Assembly (NCBI GenBank): GCA_047967505.1
Contig: CM106538.1
Length of the DNA stretch: 64,000 nucleotides
Strand: one strand, 5' to 3'
Origin: Dipteris shenzhenensis
Lineage: Eukaryota
The notes under the pieces were generated by a model that was given only the letters and a program-made list of their open reading frames with translations, was not told where the DNA came from and made no database searches. Numbering within the stretch: the stretch's first letter is position 1; the number at the start of each line of letters is the position of its first letter. The translations under genes were made by a program, and so were the position numbers. Of this stretch, positions 13,860 to 25,797 are shown piece after piece.

Positions 13860-15910
13860 CAAGAGCCTTCAGGCTTTTAGGGGTTGGGAGCTTTCAGACC
13901 TAAGGCGGGCTCCTTCAGGGCTTTTATGAAACCAACCGGGATAGGTGGGGAGGTAACCTTGCTCAACCGTGTTTCCCAATTGGAGGAAAACTCATGGTGA
14001 GTGGTAGTGGCACCCACATATGTTAGCCAATGGAGGTCCGATTTGACCCTTACTGTCTCCTTGCTCACCTTGCCGGGCTTGAGCATGTTAAACATTCTGA
14101 GTGGAACCACCGTGCTCAACCCTTCGTGCTTGGGGGTTGTTAATTGGAACCCTATTCTCTCTGGGAGCTCAATGTTTCCCAAAATGTGCATCCAATTTTG
14201 AGAGAACTCTGGCTCAAGGAGAGGGGCATACTAAAATTCATATGTCTCCTTCTCATCTTCTCACCCCGCTACCTTGCACAAACCTCCCCGAGTATTCCTC
14301 CAATGCCTCCAACACAAGCTCTTCATAGCATGAGACCTCCCAATCCATCTCCTCCAATGCTCTTGTCGACCTTCCATAGGAGGCACTTAACACGCTCCTC
14401 AAGCCAGTGAATTTTGAACTTGTGCCCATCAATCTGTTGTCTGCAGAGACAGCTGAAGAGAAACATATGCTTTTGGACAACGATGATGTCCCTCCAACAC
14501 GCCCCGCCTCCCTGCCCAAACATGTCTAATGGCAGCCCGATCTGTAGTCCTTCCAAGATCTTCCCGACAGTGCTGCCCTAATGCATCACTAGAAGACGCA
14601 GCTCGAAGGCTCTCACCTCCACCTCTATGAAATTATAGAGGTTTGCCCCCTTACCCAGTTTATTACCCAGTCCTTCAACAATTCGTGATGGACCCATCCA
14701 AAGTGCACACGTGGTGGGTACCACTTCGCTCCCTATGAGCTTGTTCCCCTCATTGACTCTGATGCTGGCCTTCAACCCCGTTGGTGCACTCCTTTTTTGA
14801 AGAGGAGCAATTTTGGTGCTACTATCGTAGTGCACACAACGACCGACGGATCCACCCCCTTTGCATGCCCATGGAACGCCACTGGAACTAGGCCTACTTC
14901 TACGAGGTCCAAGAAAAGGACGCCAATATTCTTTACAACTTCCCAAAGTACAATTTTCCCAAGGAAATGACTCAAGAGGGATTTTTCTTCCACCTCCAGT
15001 CATTCAATGACACCTAAAGCTTTGTTTCCAACCCTGCGATCGTTACAGTGGTCCACTTCAACTGCCTCATCCTCTTGCTCCTCCGTGATCTACCCGCCCA
15101 TAGTCGGTCGATTGATGATGACAAGATTTATAATCTGAACAACCAAATTGTCTTCAACCTTGACATCAGCCCCTCTCAGTTCCAGGACTTGCACCTCTAC
15201 CTTCAAGTCTGCAACCTCCATGGCCATCACATTTGCACTTTCGAGGACATGCATGCCATCCACTTTTGGAAGCTCTGCTTGTCCTTCACTCAGATCATCC
15301 CCCGCCAATTGGACCACTATGCAGCCCTCCAGACCGTCCTCTCCACCCACCTCCTCCAACGCGGCTGATCCAAGGGCGACTCAACAACAAGAAGGGGGGC
15401 ATGTTAATAGCCACAGCCATGGAGCATAGTGACGGATCCTACCATATGGGTTTTGAGCCACAAATGGCTCAACATGGACCTCGTCATCTAGGTTTTCAGC
15501 CTCAAGTGGAATAGGACAAAGGAAGGCCCCAGGACGTCCAAATTGGCAAGGATAACAAAGAGCCATGTGGATCCCGTATAAAGATAACACGAGCCATTTG
15601 AAGATGAGAGGAGCTTGAGTGAATGCCTTGGTGCCATATGGGCCCAAGTGGTTGTAACAAAAGAGAGATGAGAGAGAGTGGTATAAGGAAAAGGGTTGGA
15701 CCTCCATTCAAAAGGTGACTTGTATAAAAGGCCAAATGGTTGAGTTTGGTCTTCATTATTGTATGCACAAGTTTGGAATACAAGCTCCCTCTTCTCTTGT
15801 CCCAGTTTCTCCTTCCCTCCTCCTTCTACACACACACACACACATAATATACATACACCCACACACACATCTGCACAAGTTTAAAACTATAAAGATTTAG
15901 CAAATTTTCA
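13860..15910 (+). mobile_element. 3' part of an LTR retrotransposon: decayed accessory ORF, PPT and probable 3' LTR
   Basis: PPT AAGAAGGGGGG at 15389-15399 followed by TGTTAA at 15402. Broken plus-strand ORFs lie upstream. LTR end uncertain. Confidence 0.5.
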
Positions 15911-16009
15911 TTGATAGACCTTGGAGATCCATCAATCTAAAGGTGCAAATGATATACCACAATCTTGACAATCAATGAAATAGAAATTCGTATTATTTGT
16001 AATTTTTGT

Positions 16010-16547
16010 TTATACAGGGTTGATGGTGCTCTTCCATGCGGTCTGCTTGGTTGGAGGATTGGGGCCAAGGTTCATTATATTTGCGAGCCCGCCAAATACT
16101 TCCTCTTGTTGTGGCCCCTTTAATCTCTCCATCTCCTCTCTTTGCTTTCTTGCTCCCCTTGTTGGTCTAGACACTAGGACCCCACGGAGGAGGGAGGGGC
16201 AATTGATCAGGATTGATTGGACTATTTTGCCCCTCTCGGGAGACCTCTCTACTTCCATGGTTAGTTGTGTGGAAGGACTGAGAGGACCCCTCATCGTGCT
16301 TGGAACCTTCATCGTGCTAGGATTCCTCATGGTGCTGAGATCCCTAGAATCCCCCATGAGAGTCGGATGGTGGGGACTCGCGTTGCTTAGACTCCTGATG
16401 ATGAGAACCACCTTCAGATCCCTGGTGATCATTGTCCTCTTGGCCACTAGGGCTTGCAGTGTGTTCGGAGGCCATGGCATTGTGAGGACAATGGTGGGTA
16501 GTGTCTAAACGTCCAGTGGGTCTAGTAGTTTGTTTAACTCGTGCCAT
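16010..16547 (-). pseudogene. Hydrophilic low-complexity ORF starting with an H3-tail-like peptide (MARVKQTTR)
   Basis: ATG at 16547. The frame continues through several TAG codons, consistent with CAG>TAG decay. Confidence 0.45.
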
Positions 16548-16561
16548 AGAAATGAGGTATT

Positions 16562-16629
16562 TTAGGGTTTTGAAGTGCTTTATAGTCTTTTTTAAAGCAC
16601 TTTAGGGTTTTTCTTTTAAATTAGGGTTT
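16562..16629 (-). promoter_or_regulatory. Three telo-boxes (AAACCCTAA) just upstream of the 16547 ATG
   Basis: TTAGGGTTT on the plus strand at 16562, 16602 and 16621. Confidence 0.6.
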
Positions 16630-16825
16630 TTTGAGTGCACCTCCTCCCCCCCAGTCTTTTGTCGCCAGTTCGGTAATACTTAATCTTCACCACCCTCCCT
16701 CCCAACCCACTCACCCCTCTGCCCTGCCATGTCGCACATGCAATTCTGCAATTTCCAAACAAATTTGTGAATTTTGGAATCTATAATCGACTCAAAATAG
16801 TGTTAACTTTATTCCATGAAACATT

Positions 16826-19659
16826 TTACATTTGGGGCTCTCTTAGGACCCAACGCCTCCCTTGTCTGACTCTACGTTGCAACCAGAGCGCAACCCCTTG
16901 TTGGCTCCTTGTTGAGGACTTCCAAGCAGCACATCTCCTTGTCTTCTTGACATGTTGAATCGCTTTTGCGAGACTTGAGACCTCTACCTTATCGCACTTG
17001 AGAGTCCTGGCCTCTAGACATCTATAAAACCAATCAAACATTTCGTGTAGTGCATTGCTTCGCGCGATACCACCCCCATGCCTTGTATTCTTGAAGTATG
17101 CTGCCTTTTCTCTATAGTGTGATTTCTCCATTCCTTGAGTATTCCAAATGGAAAGAGGGCCCCATTGCTCCACAAACCATGGTGCATGTGCGTAAAGAAT
17201 ATGCTATAAAGAAAAACATTATATTAGAAACATAAACTGACTCAAGTTTAAAGTGCAAAATTTCAACCTAAGGAGGATTACCATGTAATGTGTAATATGT
17301 GACTCCCCCCATGCTTCTACCATCAATGATATGAATTCTCCCAATGCTGTCCTAAATCTCTCATAATAAAGCTCATCTATTTGACCTTGTCTAAGCAACT
17401 TTATAAATGCATTAAGCTTTGTCCACAGTTTTGCTCTCAAAGTAGCAATTCACGGATGTGAAGCTTGATTTGTGGTGCACTCACACAAATCTTTCCAATA
17501 CTCCCAACCTAGGGTGCTTTGAGCCAATGTATGTTTTTCTTTATCAGCATTGTGGTTGGACAAGAACCTCCTTGCCTTTCCTCCACCCATGGACACTTTA
17601 GCAGGAAGATTTTGTGTCTTTCCTGATTGTTTCTTGTCCTGCTTAAGCTTCACATTGCCTCCATGAAGTCCCATTAGTGAGAGTAGCTATTCAGCTTTTG
17701 CAATGCATTGTGCAGATACTTGCTGTGGCCTCAAATTCCAAGCATAAACTAGATGGAGATAGAGTAACTTATCAAGTATACGCAGTTCAGCGTGAAAGTA
17801 CACACGTGTACCCGCTCCAATGGAATTGGTAGAATGGGGTCCCACTTAGGATCCTTTTTGTGATGATCAGGGGCTACACTTTGGTTGCAAGAAAGGATGC
17901 CATTTTCCCATTGTAGGCTTCCCTTTTGCATCTTCTGAGAGTGGGTGCAATACAAGCATGTCCATTTTGCATCTGCACCTGCATCACAACCATACAAGCA
18001 CTTGAGGGTCTTCAAATCACCAGCTAGATGCCATTCAACTTGAAACATTCCATGCCCATCCACAATTAATGTTTGCCCTGCCTCTTATCTTTGAATAATC
18101 GAGGGGATGCCGGTTCTCTCCAAAACCCACTTCAATGTCTCGTGGCACTCCTTTGGGGTCTCAAAGGATGCAAGCCACCATATGTCCTTCTCAGATTGGA
18201 CTGAGAAACCCTGCTCAACTTCCTCATCCCCTTGAGCAAAACGCAAGGCGTCATTCATAATACAAATGCTCACCCTCTCTAGCTTGTGCTCTTTTACCAA
18301 CTAAGCTTCATCCATTTTTATAACAAATACTAGCTTGCCATCTGTTCAATGAAAGAGAAATTTAGTAAGGATATAGAAATCAGAAGAAATAAAGTTGAAT
18401 GTGAAGAGGGAATTTCTCTTACCTTCTTCTCTCATCCCATAGAATTTGACTATGGCTCTCTGCAAATTCTCTACATCCACGTAAACATTATTGAAAGCAT
18501 TTGTCTCAAACATTTGGATGCCAGATTTCTTTTTACTCTTCCAAGTCATTGTGCCACTTACACAATGGTATCCTCCAAGCTTTTCTCTAGCACATTGGTT
18601 TGTTTCTTGGAGTGCAAGCCTTATAGACCACGGTGTTGGCAATGGCATTGTAGATATCTTATAGTTTTCCTCCATAGCAGACTTGAAAATTTTAAAAATA
18701 GAGTTGTAAGCTTCACGACTTACACTAGCAGCATCACAAGCTCCAAGCACCTCCTTTGCTTGGATGAGGCCCTTGAAATCCTTCATTACCTCTCTAGCAA
18801 CTTGTTTACATAGCCCTTTTTGTCTAGGGTCCTTGAACACTTCCATGACATCACTTGGCTTTATTAATCTTCTTAGAACATATGAAGGATCACTATCATC
18901 CATTTCCATTGTTCCCATCACATCCTCCATGAAATTCCTAAAGTAGAGTACAAATGAGTCTTAGTGGAAAGAATGCAACACCACAAATATTTTGGGGTAA
19001 GAAATTTCATTGAAAATTTCTTTTGGTTGACAATGCATCCATAGATTGCAATTGTCTTTTCCTCTCCTTCAGTCCCAAAGGTGTTCCCTTCAACTTTTGT
19101 ACTCGTTCTATCGACTTCTCTCATTCCTTCTCCACAGCACGTTGAACTTGGCCATAGATAGACCTTTCCAAATCTTGTTTGCTTTCAGCAAGCTTCTGGA
19201 TTGATTCTTCCAATCCAAGTCCAGTGCATGTGCTTTGTCACTGAGTTCTTTGTTTTGCAATTGGAGATCCTGCATACTATTATGCATTGCCACAATAGTA
19301 ATATTTCCCAAATGTGCAAGTTCTTCTGCTTGGCCTCTCTGCACCTCGCTTGCTTGCATAGCCAATGTCTGAGAATGGTTCAATCGATTGCAATAACCGA
19401 GCAATCCAGCACGTCCCTTGCCAACAAACCGAACAACATCATGCACTTTATGAAAAGGAGGACTCTTTTGGGTGGCAGGGTCTAAAGGATACAAGTTTCC
19501 ATCCACCCAAAGGTCAAGATGCTTCTTCCCTTGCAATCAAAGACTGTGGAGCACACTTTGAGGAGTTCCACTATATCCCAAAGAACGTGTGCTTGCATAT
19601 TCTTCCTCCAGTTGCAGGTTCACATGGTACTTATTGGATATGTCCTCGAATGGTGCCAT
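16826..19659 (-). pseudogene. RAG1/Transib-like DDE transposase, copy 1 (spliced, with stops and frameshifts)
   Basis: Reconstructed motifs in order: VFVIKMDE, KLERVSICIM, VQSEKDIWWL...ECHETL, AGDLKTLKCLYG...WTCLYC, HVCTxHAELRI, SMGGGKARRFL, ITHYM/HILYAH...IWNTQGMEKSH. GT-AG introns at 18342-18422 and 17204-17281. Confidence 0.85.
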
Positions 19660-19719
19660 GAGTACTTAAAGAGAGGTATCAGTGATGCAGGCTAAAATGT
19701 AGGGGAGAGCTGGCAAAGA

Positions 19720-20160
19720 TGGAGCAGTGAGAGGGAGAGAGTAGCAAGGAAGAGGGAGGAGGAGAAGCAGATGAGGGCAAGAGGAAGAGGAGGAGAAGAT
19801 TAGGGCGACAGGTGTAGAAGAGAGGGAAGGAGTTGCTGTAGAAGAGAGGAGGAGGGGAGAGATGCTACAGGAGGGAGGAGGAGGGGAGAGATTCTGTAGG
19901 AGGGAGGAGCAGAGGAGAGGGATCTTGGGCGACTAGAGAAGGAGGGGAGAGGAAGGAGGGAGGAGGAGCCAGAAGGAGGAGGAGGAGCTAGAAGGAGGAG
20001 GAGGGGAGAGGGAGGAGGGAGGAGGAGGAGCAAGACAGAGGAGGGGAGAGGAGGAGGGAGAGGGAGGGAGGGAGAGGGAGAGGGAGAGGGAGGAGGAGGA
20101 GGGAGGGAGGGAGGGAGGGAGAGGGAGGGAGGGAGAGAGAGAGAGAGGAAGGGAGGGAGA
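19720..20160. repeat. Long GA/GGA-rich tract (pyrimidine-rich on the transposase sense strand; putative leader)
   Basis: Directly visible, immediately upstream of the 19659 ATG. Confidence 0.85.
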
Positions 20161-20399
20161 TTCAAAATTTGAAATTCAAATTTCAAAAAGTGGCCCCCTC
20201 CCCTCATTGATGGGGGGAGAGGTGGGCTCAAATGTGGGCTTAACCCACCTAGGTTGGGCTGGTTAGGCCTCTTTGGAACCCTCCAAGCCCCTTGCATTAG
20301 CCCACTAAGCATTCCCTAATCCATTCCTTATGAGGCCCTTTTGAGACCCCAATTCTCCCCTAATGCTTTCTCTCCAAAAAATTATAAGACCAAGGAGTG

Positions 20400-20545
20400 T
20401 GCTTTTCCTTGGGATCATGCATCCTATATTTTGCAAATCGCATAATGCATTTTGCACATTGCATAACATGTGGACTGTGTTGTTCCTTGTGATCTTGCAT
20501 CCTATATTTTGCAAATCACATAATGCATTGTGCATATTGCATAAT
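20400..20545. repeat. Two-copy ~79-bp tandem repeat
   Basis: TGCATCCTATATTTTGCAAATC.CATAATGCATT occurs twice. Confidence 0.8.
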
Positions 20546-20827
20546 GTGTATTTTTTTAAAGAATATTCTTATTTTTTCTTTATTTTGATAAAGAATGCCA
20601 TAGGAAATAGCAAATGTACATGTTTAATGAACGTACTTGTATAAAATAATGATTACCTGTTACTGGCAATACCTACAATGTAAATATCTAGAAATGTTAG
20701 TAATTGTAACATGTACCAAAATTGCTAAGAAATCTCATTGCATGAATAATGTATCAATCCGAAAGCTGAAATATCAAAGCAATTCAAATCTTAAACCCGA
20801 AAGGTTATATGGGCCCAAAGTAATTGA

Positions 20828-21255
20828 CTCTATCCATGCTAATATCTCTCGCAAGAAGATTCGATGCATGAACAATAATTCTTGCAATCTCTCCATCACA
20901 TGAATTCAGTCGAGCACATCGATCGTGGAAGAAGAAAGGCTTTAATTTTTAGAATCTCTCCATAGCAAGAATTCACTCGAGTGCATCGGTCGTGGAAGAA
21001 TAAAGGCTTTAATGTTTACAACAATTGAAAGAGCTACGATGCTACTTGGACAGCCTTGCTCGTTCATCGCCGACTTTCTGTGTCTTCCTCTTTGTGCTCT
21101 AAATCTATCAACTTGCTCCCTCAATTTCTCTATCCATGCTAATATCTCTCTTAAGAAAATTCAATGCACGAATAATAATTTTTGCAATCTCCTATCACAA
21201 GAATACATTGGCCACCATGGAAGAATAAAGGCTTTAATTTTTGCAATCTCTCCAT
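20828..21255. repeat. Degenerate internal repeats
   Basis: CTCTATCCATGCTAATATCTCTC twice; TGGAAGAA.AAAGGCTTTAAT three times. Confidence 0.75.
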
Positions 21256-22925
21256 TGTTGGTGGAGGCGTTCGGGGTGCAGCTCAACATAGAGCTGGAGG
21301 TTGATGGCTGATGGGCTAAGCCATCTCCTTGGCTTGCACCACCCGCACTAGCAGGAGAGTGAAATCCGCGATCAACCACACCCCATTCTTCATGAACATC
21401 TCCAAGCCCTCCCTCAGAATGAGCTGAAGCGTCCACCTCCTCCCACAACTAGCTCCTCCTCTTCACAATCTTCAAAAACGCGTTAAACGTCAACCTGGGT
21501 AGCATCCGGCTATCATCATCCCTGGCCTCAGGGTCGTGCTCAGCTTCTCCCCATAATACCTCTTTCACGTGGCTTCCGAAAACAGCATGAAGCAGTCGAT
21601 TTGCTCTGCAATATCAAGGGAAACCAGGTGCGTGGAATGGCAATCTCAGATCATCCACTTCTTCCTACCTTTACTAGAAGGGCTCCCGTAAGCTAGCAAT
21701 AACGCTACCCTCCACAAGAACGCAAGTAAAGTGGTCGTTCCATCGCTAGAGCAATTGGAAAGCCAAAAATCTTGTCCTACAACACACAACGAATAGAAAC
21801 GGGACCTGCCTACCGAACCAGATTTCGGATCGTGAACAAGGTGAGATGATCATCAAGTTTTGGGAAGGGAGCGATCTCTTACGGACAAGAATCCTTGTGC
21901 TAGATCCTGTTTTCCGCTGCCTTGTCTCCGCGTGAAAGCTTGGAGAAAAGCAAAGATTTATGAATGCTTAGAAAAACAAATATTTATGAATGCTTAGAAA
22001 AGCAAAGAAAGCTTCCTCAAGAGGTCAACAAGTACGCAGCAGGAGTCCTTTGTTGTTTGTTGGTAGTGCAAATTGTAAAGATGCTCGGGCCATCAACAAC
22101 TAGAACTCTAGAATTGAGATGGAAACGTTAAGGAGAACATCGACCTCGCAAATTGAAAAGCAAATTGCTTCCGTATATCAACCTCGCAAATTGAAATTGA
22201 AAAGCAAACCGCTTAAAAATCCATAAGCACCACCTCTTACACTATGAAAACGATACGGGCCCCTTTACCCTAGTACACTATATTGTGCTAAGAAAACCAA
22301 TGCTAAAGGCCTTATGACATGGGTACCCCTTAAGCCTCTTCATGGGTAGTTTTGTTAGCACTGTCCGGCTAGGGGCAGGGCTCTAGCTACTAGAAAATAG
22401 CTAATTTTGATCTCCTTTGAAAGCGGAACAACAACACATATACTCGGGCAGTGCTCTAGGCACGTGTGCCTCTTGTTACGGTAGGTAGCCTAGAGGCATG
22501 TTTTATTTTATGAGCCCTCCTTGAGCCACATGTCACAATTATAGCCCTTGATCTTGGATTCATCCAAGGGTTAAGAGATTTCTCAATCTTTTAGCTTTTC
22601 ATTCCATATAATTTTAGCTTTTCATTCCCTTTTATGAAGGCACCAGTTTGTCTACCTAGCTCTTTTATCTTCCCATTTACCTATCTCTTTTATCTTCCAT
22701 AGTTGACAATCTAAGATGAGCTCCATCTCCTTTCCTCCCAGGGTCGGATTGTCGCTTCTTTTCGTATACGTAACTTTATACTGCCTCAAGCCTTGGAAAG
22801 TGATCCTAATCTCAAAGGATGGAAGACTAATGAAGGAGATTGTGTGAGTTCTTACTCCAAATCTTGTTAAATTCTAACGTTAACTCTGATTCTAAGAACA
22901 ATATCCTCAAATTGTTTTAGTGCAG

Positions 22926-23055
22926 GCCATATTTTGCACACTATGTGAAAACTTGCTTCATGCTTTTTGGAGACAGAGTGAAGAACTGGATTACATTAAA
23001 CAAGATGCAGTCTTTCGAGTATGATGGTTATAGAACGGGAAAGCAAGCACCTGGG
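22926..23055 (+). pseudogene. Orphan exon of a glycoside hydrolase family 1 beta-glucosidase
   Basis: TCFMLFGDRVKNWITLNKM...DGY..GKQAPG after a TGCAG acceptor. The catalytic NEP motif has decayed to NKM. Confidence 0.8.
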
Positions 23056-25797
23056 AAGAACTATTATGTGGGTGACTCCTTTCTTATTGACTTTTGCATC
23101 CTCCATTCCCTTGGAAACATCATCAATCATGCGTTGTCTTTTGGCTTGCTACCCAAGCTCAAGCGTTAACTCATCATCACCAAGATGATCGGGACTTGTG
23201 GCCATGATGCCAGGTGACCGGTATGAGGAAGGTAAGTTGGGCCAATTGCAGAATTGGTTTTCATAGGGCTGTTCCTTCGAGCGAGGAACAAGCATGACCA
23301 GTCTTGAAGAGAAGCCTTTGAATGAAGTTATTTTCGAACGTGATGCATATGGAACAAACTTGGATCTCCGTTTCTGTGGACATTTTGCCCAATAAGGAGA
23401 TAAGTGAATAGAACCTTGCATTCCCTTTTGGAAAAACAAAATCCATATCCACAATGAATCGAAACACAAAAAGACTGCAAAAGCGGAAGTATTCGAAGGA
23501 GGAGAGTGGAACTCACAGGTCAAAGGAGGAGGTAGGTTCTGAGCCAGCCATGGACGGTGGGGGAGGTTCGGTTTTTGCAAGCTTTTTCCATCCTCTTGAA
23601 GCTTCCACAACCTGAACTTCTCTCGCATGCACACTGTTAACAATTCAAGGAGTGTTTCTAAGCATCCACTCCATGGTAATCACTTCCCAAATCGTCTGTC
23701 ATAGAGGTGAGCTACTTTCTTTTGCAAGCTCTTGCTTGATCTTTTCTTAGTGGGTCCTCAACTAAAACACTTTTGCAATCTTGGTCGCAAAGTGGATCTC
23801 TGGCGATTGCGATAAACTTGAAACTATGTATCAAGAACTAACTGTACCACTTTAAAACTGACATCATAAACGTGAGGAAGCCTTCGAATAAATAATGCAG
23901 ATGTGCAAGTAGAAGTACATGAAAAAATCTATTCGCACACTGAACTGTGTAAGCACAAATACATGGATGAGATCCCAATCGTGGAAGTCGACATTCAAGA
24001 GATGATTGGTGCATTGAATACAAATAGAGAGGCATTGGCCAAGGCATCCAAGATGGGTTGAGCGTCTGCGTCCAAATCTTTTTTTTTTTAAAATGGTCCC
24101 ATACGTGAATATGGTAACTAAATAACTCAAGAAGAGAATCTCAAATTATTGGAAAAGAACACGAGAACATAATCTTTAACCTAGTAAATGGATTGCAATT
24201 AGAAGTAATAAACTCATGAGTAATCTCACGGCTCTGCACTACCAACATCTGAATAAAAAATTACAACTCAATTGATCTGTAGTAGCAGCAGCTGCATCGA
24301 AAATTATAGCTCACTTGATCTGCAATACCAACAACAATTGAATTGAAAATTGCAGCACTTTTGATTGATCCCTAGAACACCTTTGACAGATACCGTACAA
24401 AGAGCTTGATGAGTAATATAGGAAAACTTATGAGTAGGCGGGATCCTCTAATGGGCATGTGCCTAAATTATCTAAGTTCTGTTCTATAAGAATAAGTCTC
24501 TTGGGTGGTTAGTTAGCTGAGTTGGCGTGGGCCATACACAGTTTGCCCATGTTTGTAAGTAATAAAATCTAGCCTTTAGGGTGTGGAACATGCATTCTCA
24601 GGTGTGAAATGTTTGGCCCTCTCATCATGTTTCTTTGATACTCTCGACAGGTGAAGATTGGGAGAGCTGGTCCCAAGCTACTTTCTCACCTTGATGGTTC
24701 TAGTTTATTTGTAGCAAAGCGAGAGCAAAGAAAGTATTAGCAGTCGCTCGTGGTGATTTTATCGACATTCGACTACGATTACAACTATTGACATTCAGGT
24801 AATATGTCGATACCTTACCATTCACGAGACTTATCCTTGGCGCTAATATTCTCGACGTTTATATTCTTGGCATTAATATTCTCGACCTCAGAGAAGGGCC
24901 CGTTCCCCTCGGATTATAACTCTTTGGGAAAGGAAGCGCGCTGCCTCCCTACCACACTGTGTGTGGTTATAATAATTATATATTATATGTTATCATAAAA
25001 ATATTTCCAATTTCTTGTCCATTCAAAATTGCTTGTTTTCAATCTGAATTCTTACAACATTCTCTCTTTGATGCATGTTCTCGATGCGAGGGAGCAAGGA
25101 AACCCAAGCTTGATGTAAGATTGAAGGATGACAACACATTTATTCATATGGTTATAGTCCATGTGACAATGTTGTATAGACTGCAATTATGAGCTCTTGT
25201 AAGCTTTGCCTGATTTATGTAATTGTTGGACTCCATCTTTCAAAATATGGACATCACAAAATCAATAATAAATCACCACCCTTGACATTTGCACGGATGA
25301 TCAGGTTCTAAGGGACCCTATGTCTCTCCTCATCTTCAGATTTTTTAGTCACACTTTTTCCTTTAAAATTTGATAAAATACTAGGATTCAAGTTCAATCA
25401 TGAGTTAGTAGTTGAGTGATTGACGATGGAAAGACTGCCACAACAAATCGGGTCTTTGGAAGAAAGTTATCAAGCGGCGACTTCCCAATTCTGGTTTTCA
25501 ATATGGTCATGCTTCGCAGGTAGCTCAGGGACCGAGCGCCTATGGAAGGCCTCCCAGTGCAAAGTAAATCTGTACAATTCGGAACTCAATGCTTTGCACC
25601 GGTAAAGCTGTACATAAGCAAGACTGACGAGTCTCTTGTAAATCTCAACAACAGACAAACCCAATATCTCCATATTTCAAGCATAAGATTATCAAGGACT
25701 CGCTACGCAAAGACGGCTCGTACAACCCAGGTTCGGTTAAAGACATGCTGGAGAAGAGTCCAAAGCATCCACTGGTCAAGCCGAATACCAGTGCTTA

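Noticed and set aside
19800-20312. 170-aa Pro/Ser/Leu-rich ORF
   Set aside because: Translation of a low-complexity GA/CT tract.
23149-23643. Possible organellar insertion (matK-like wording)
   Set aside because: Resemblance too weak to support by eye.
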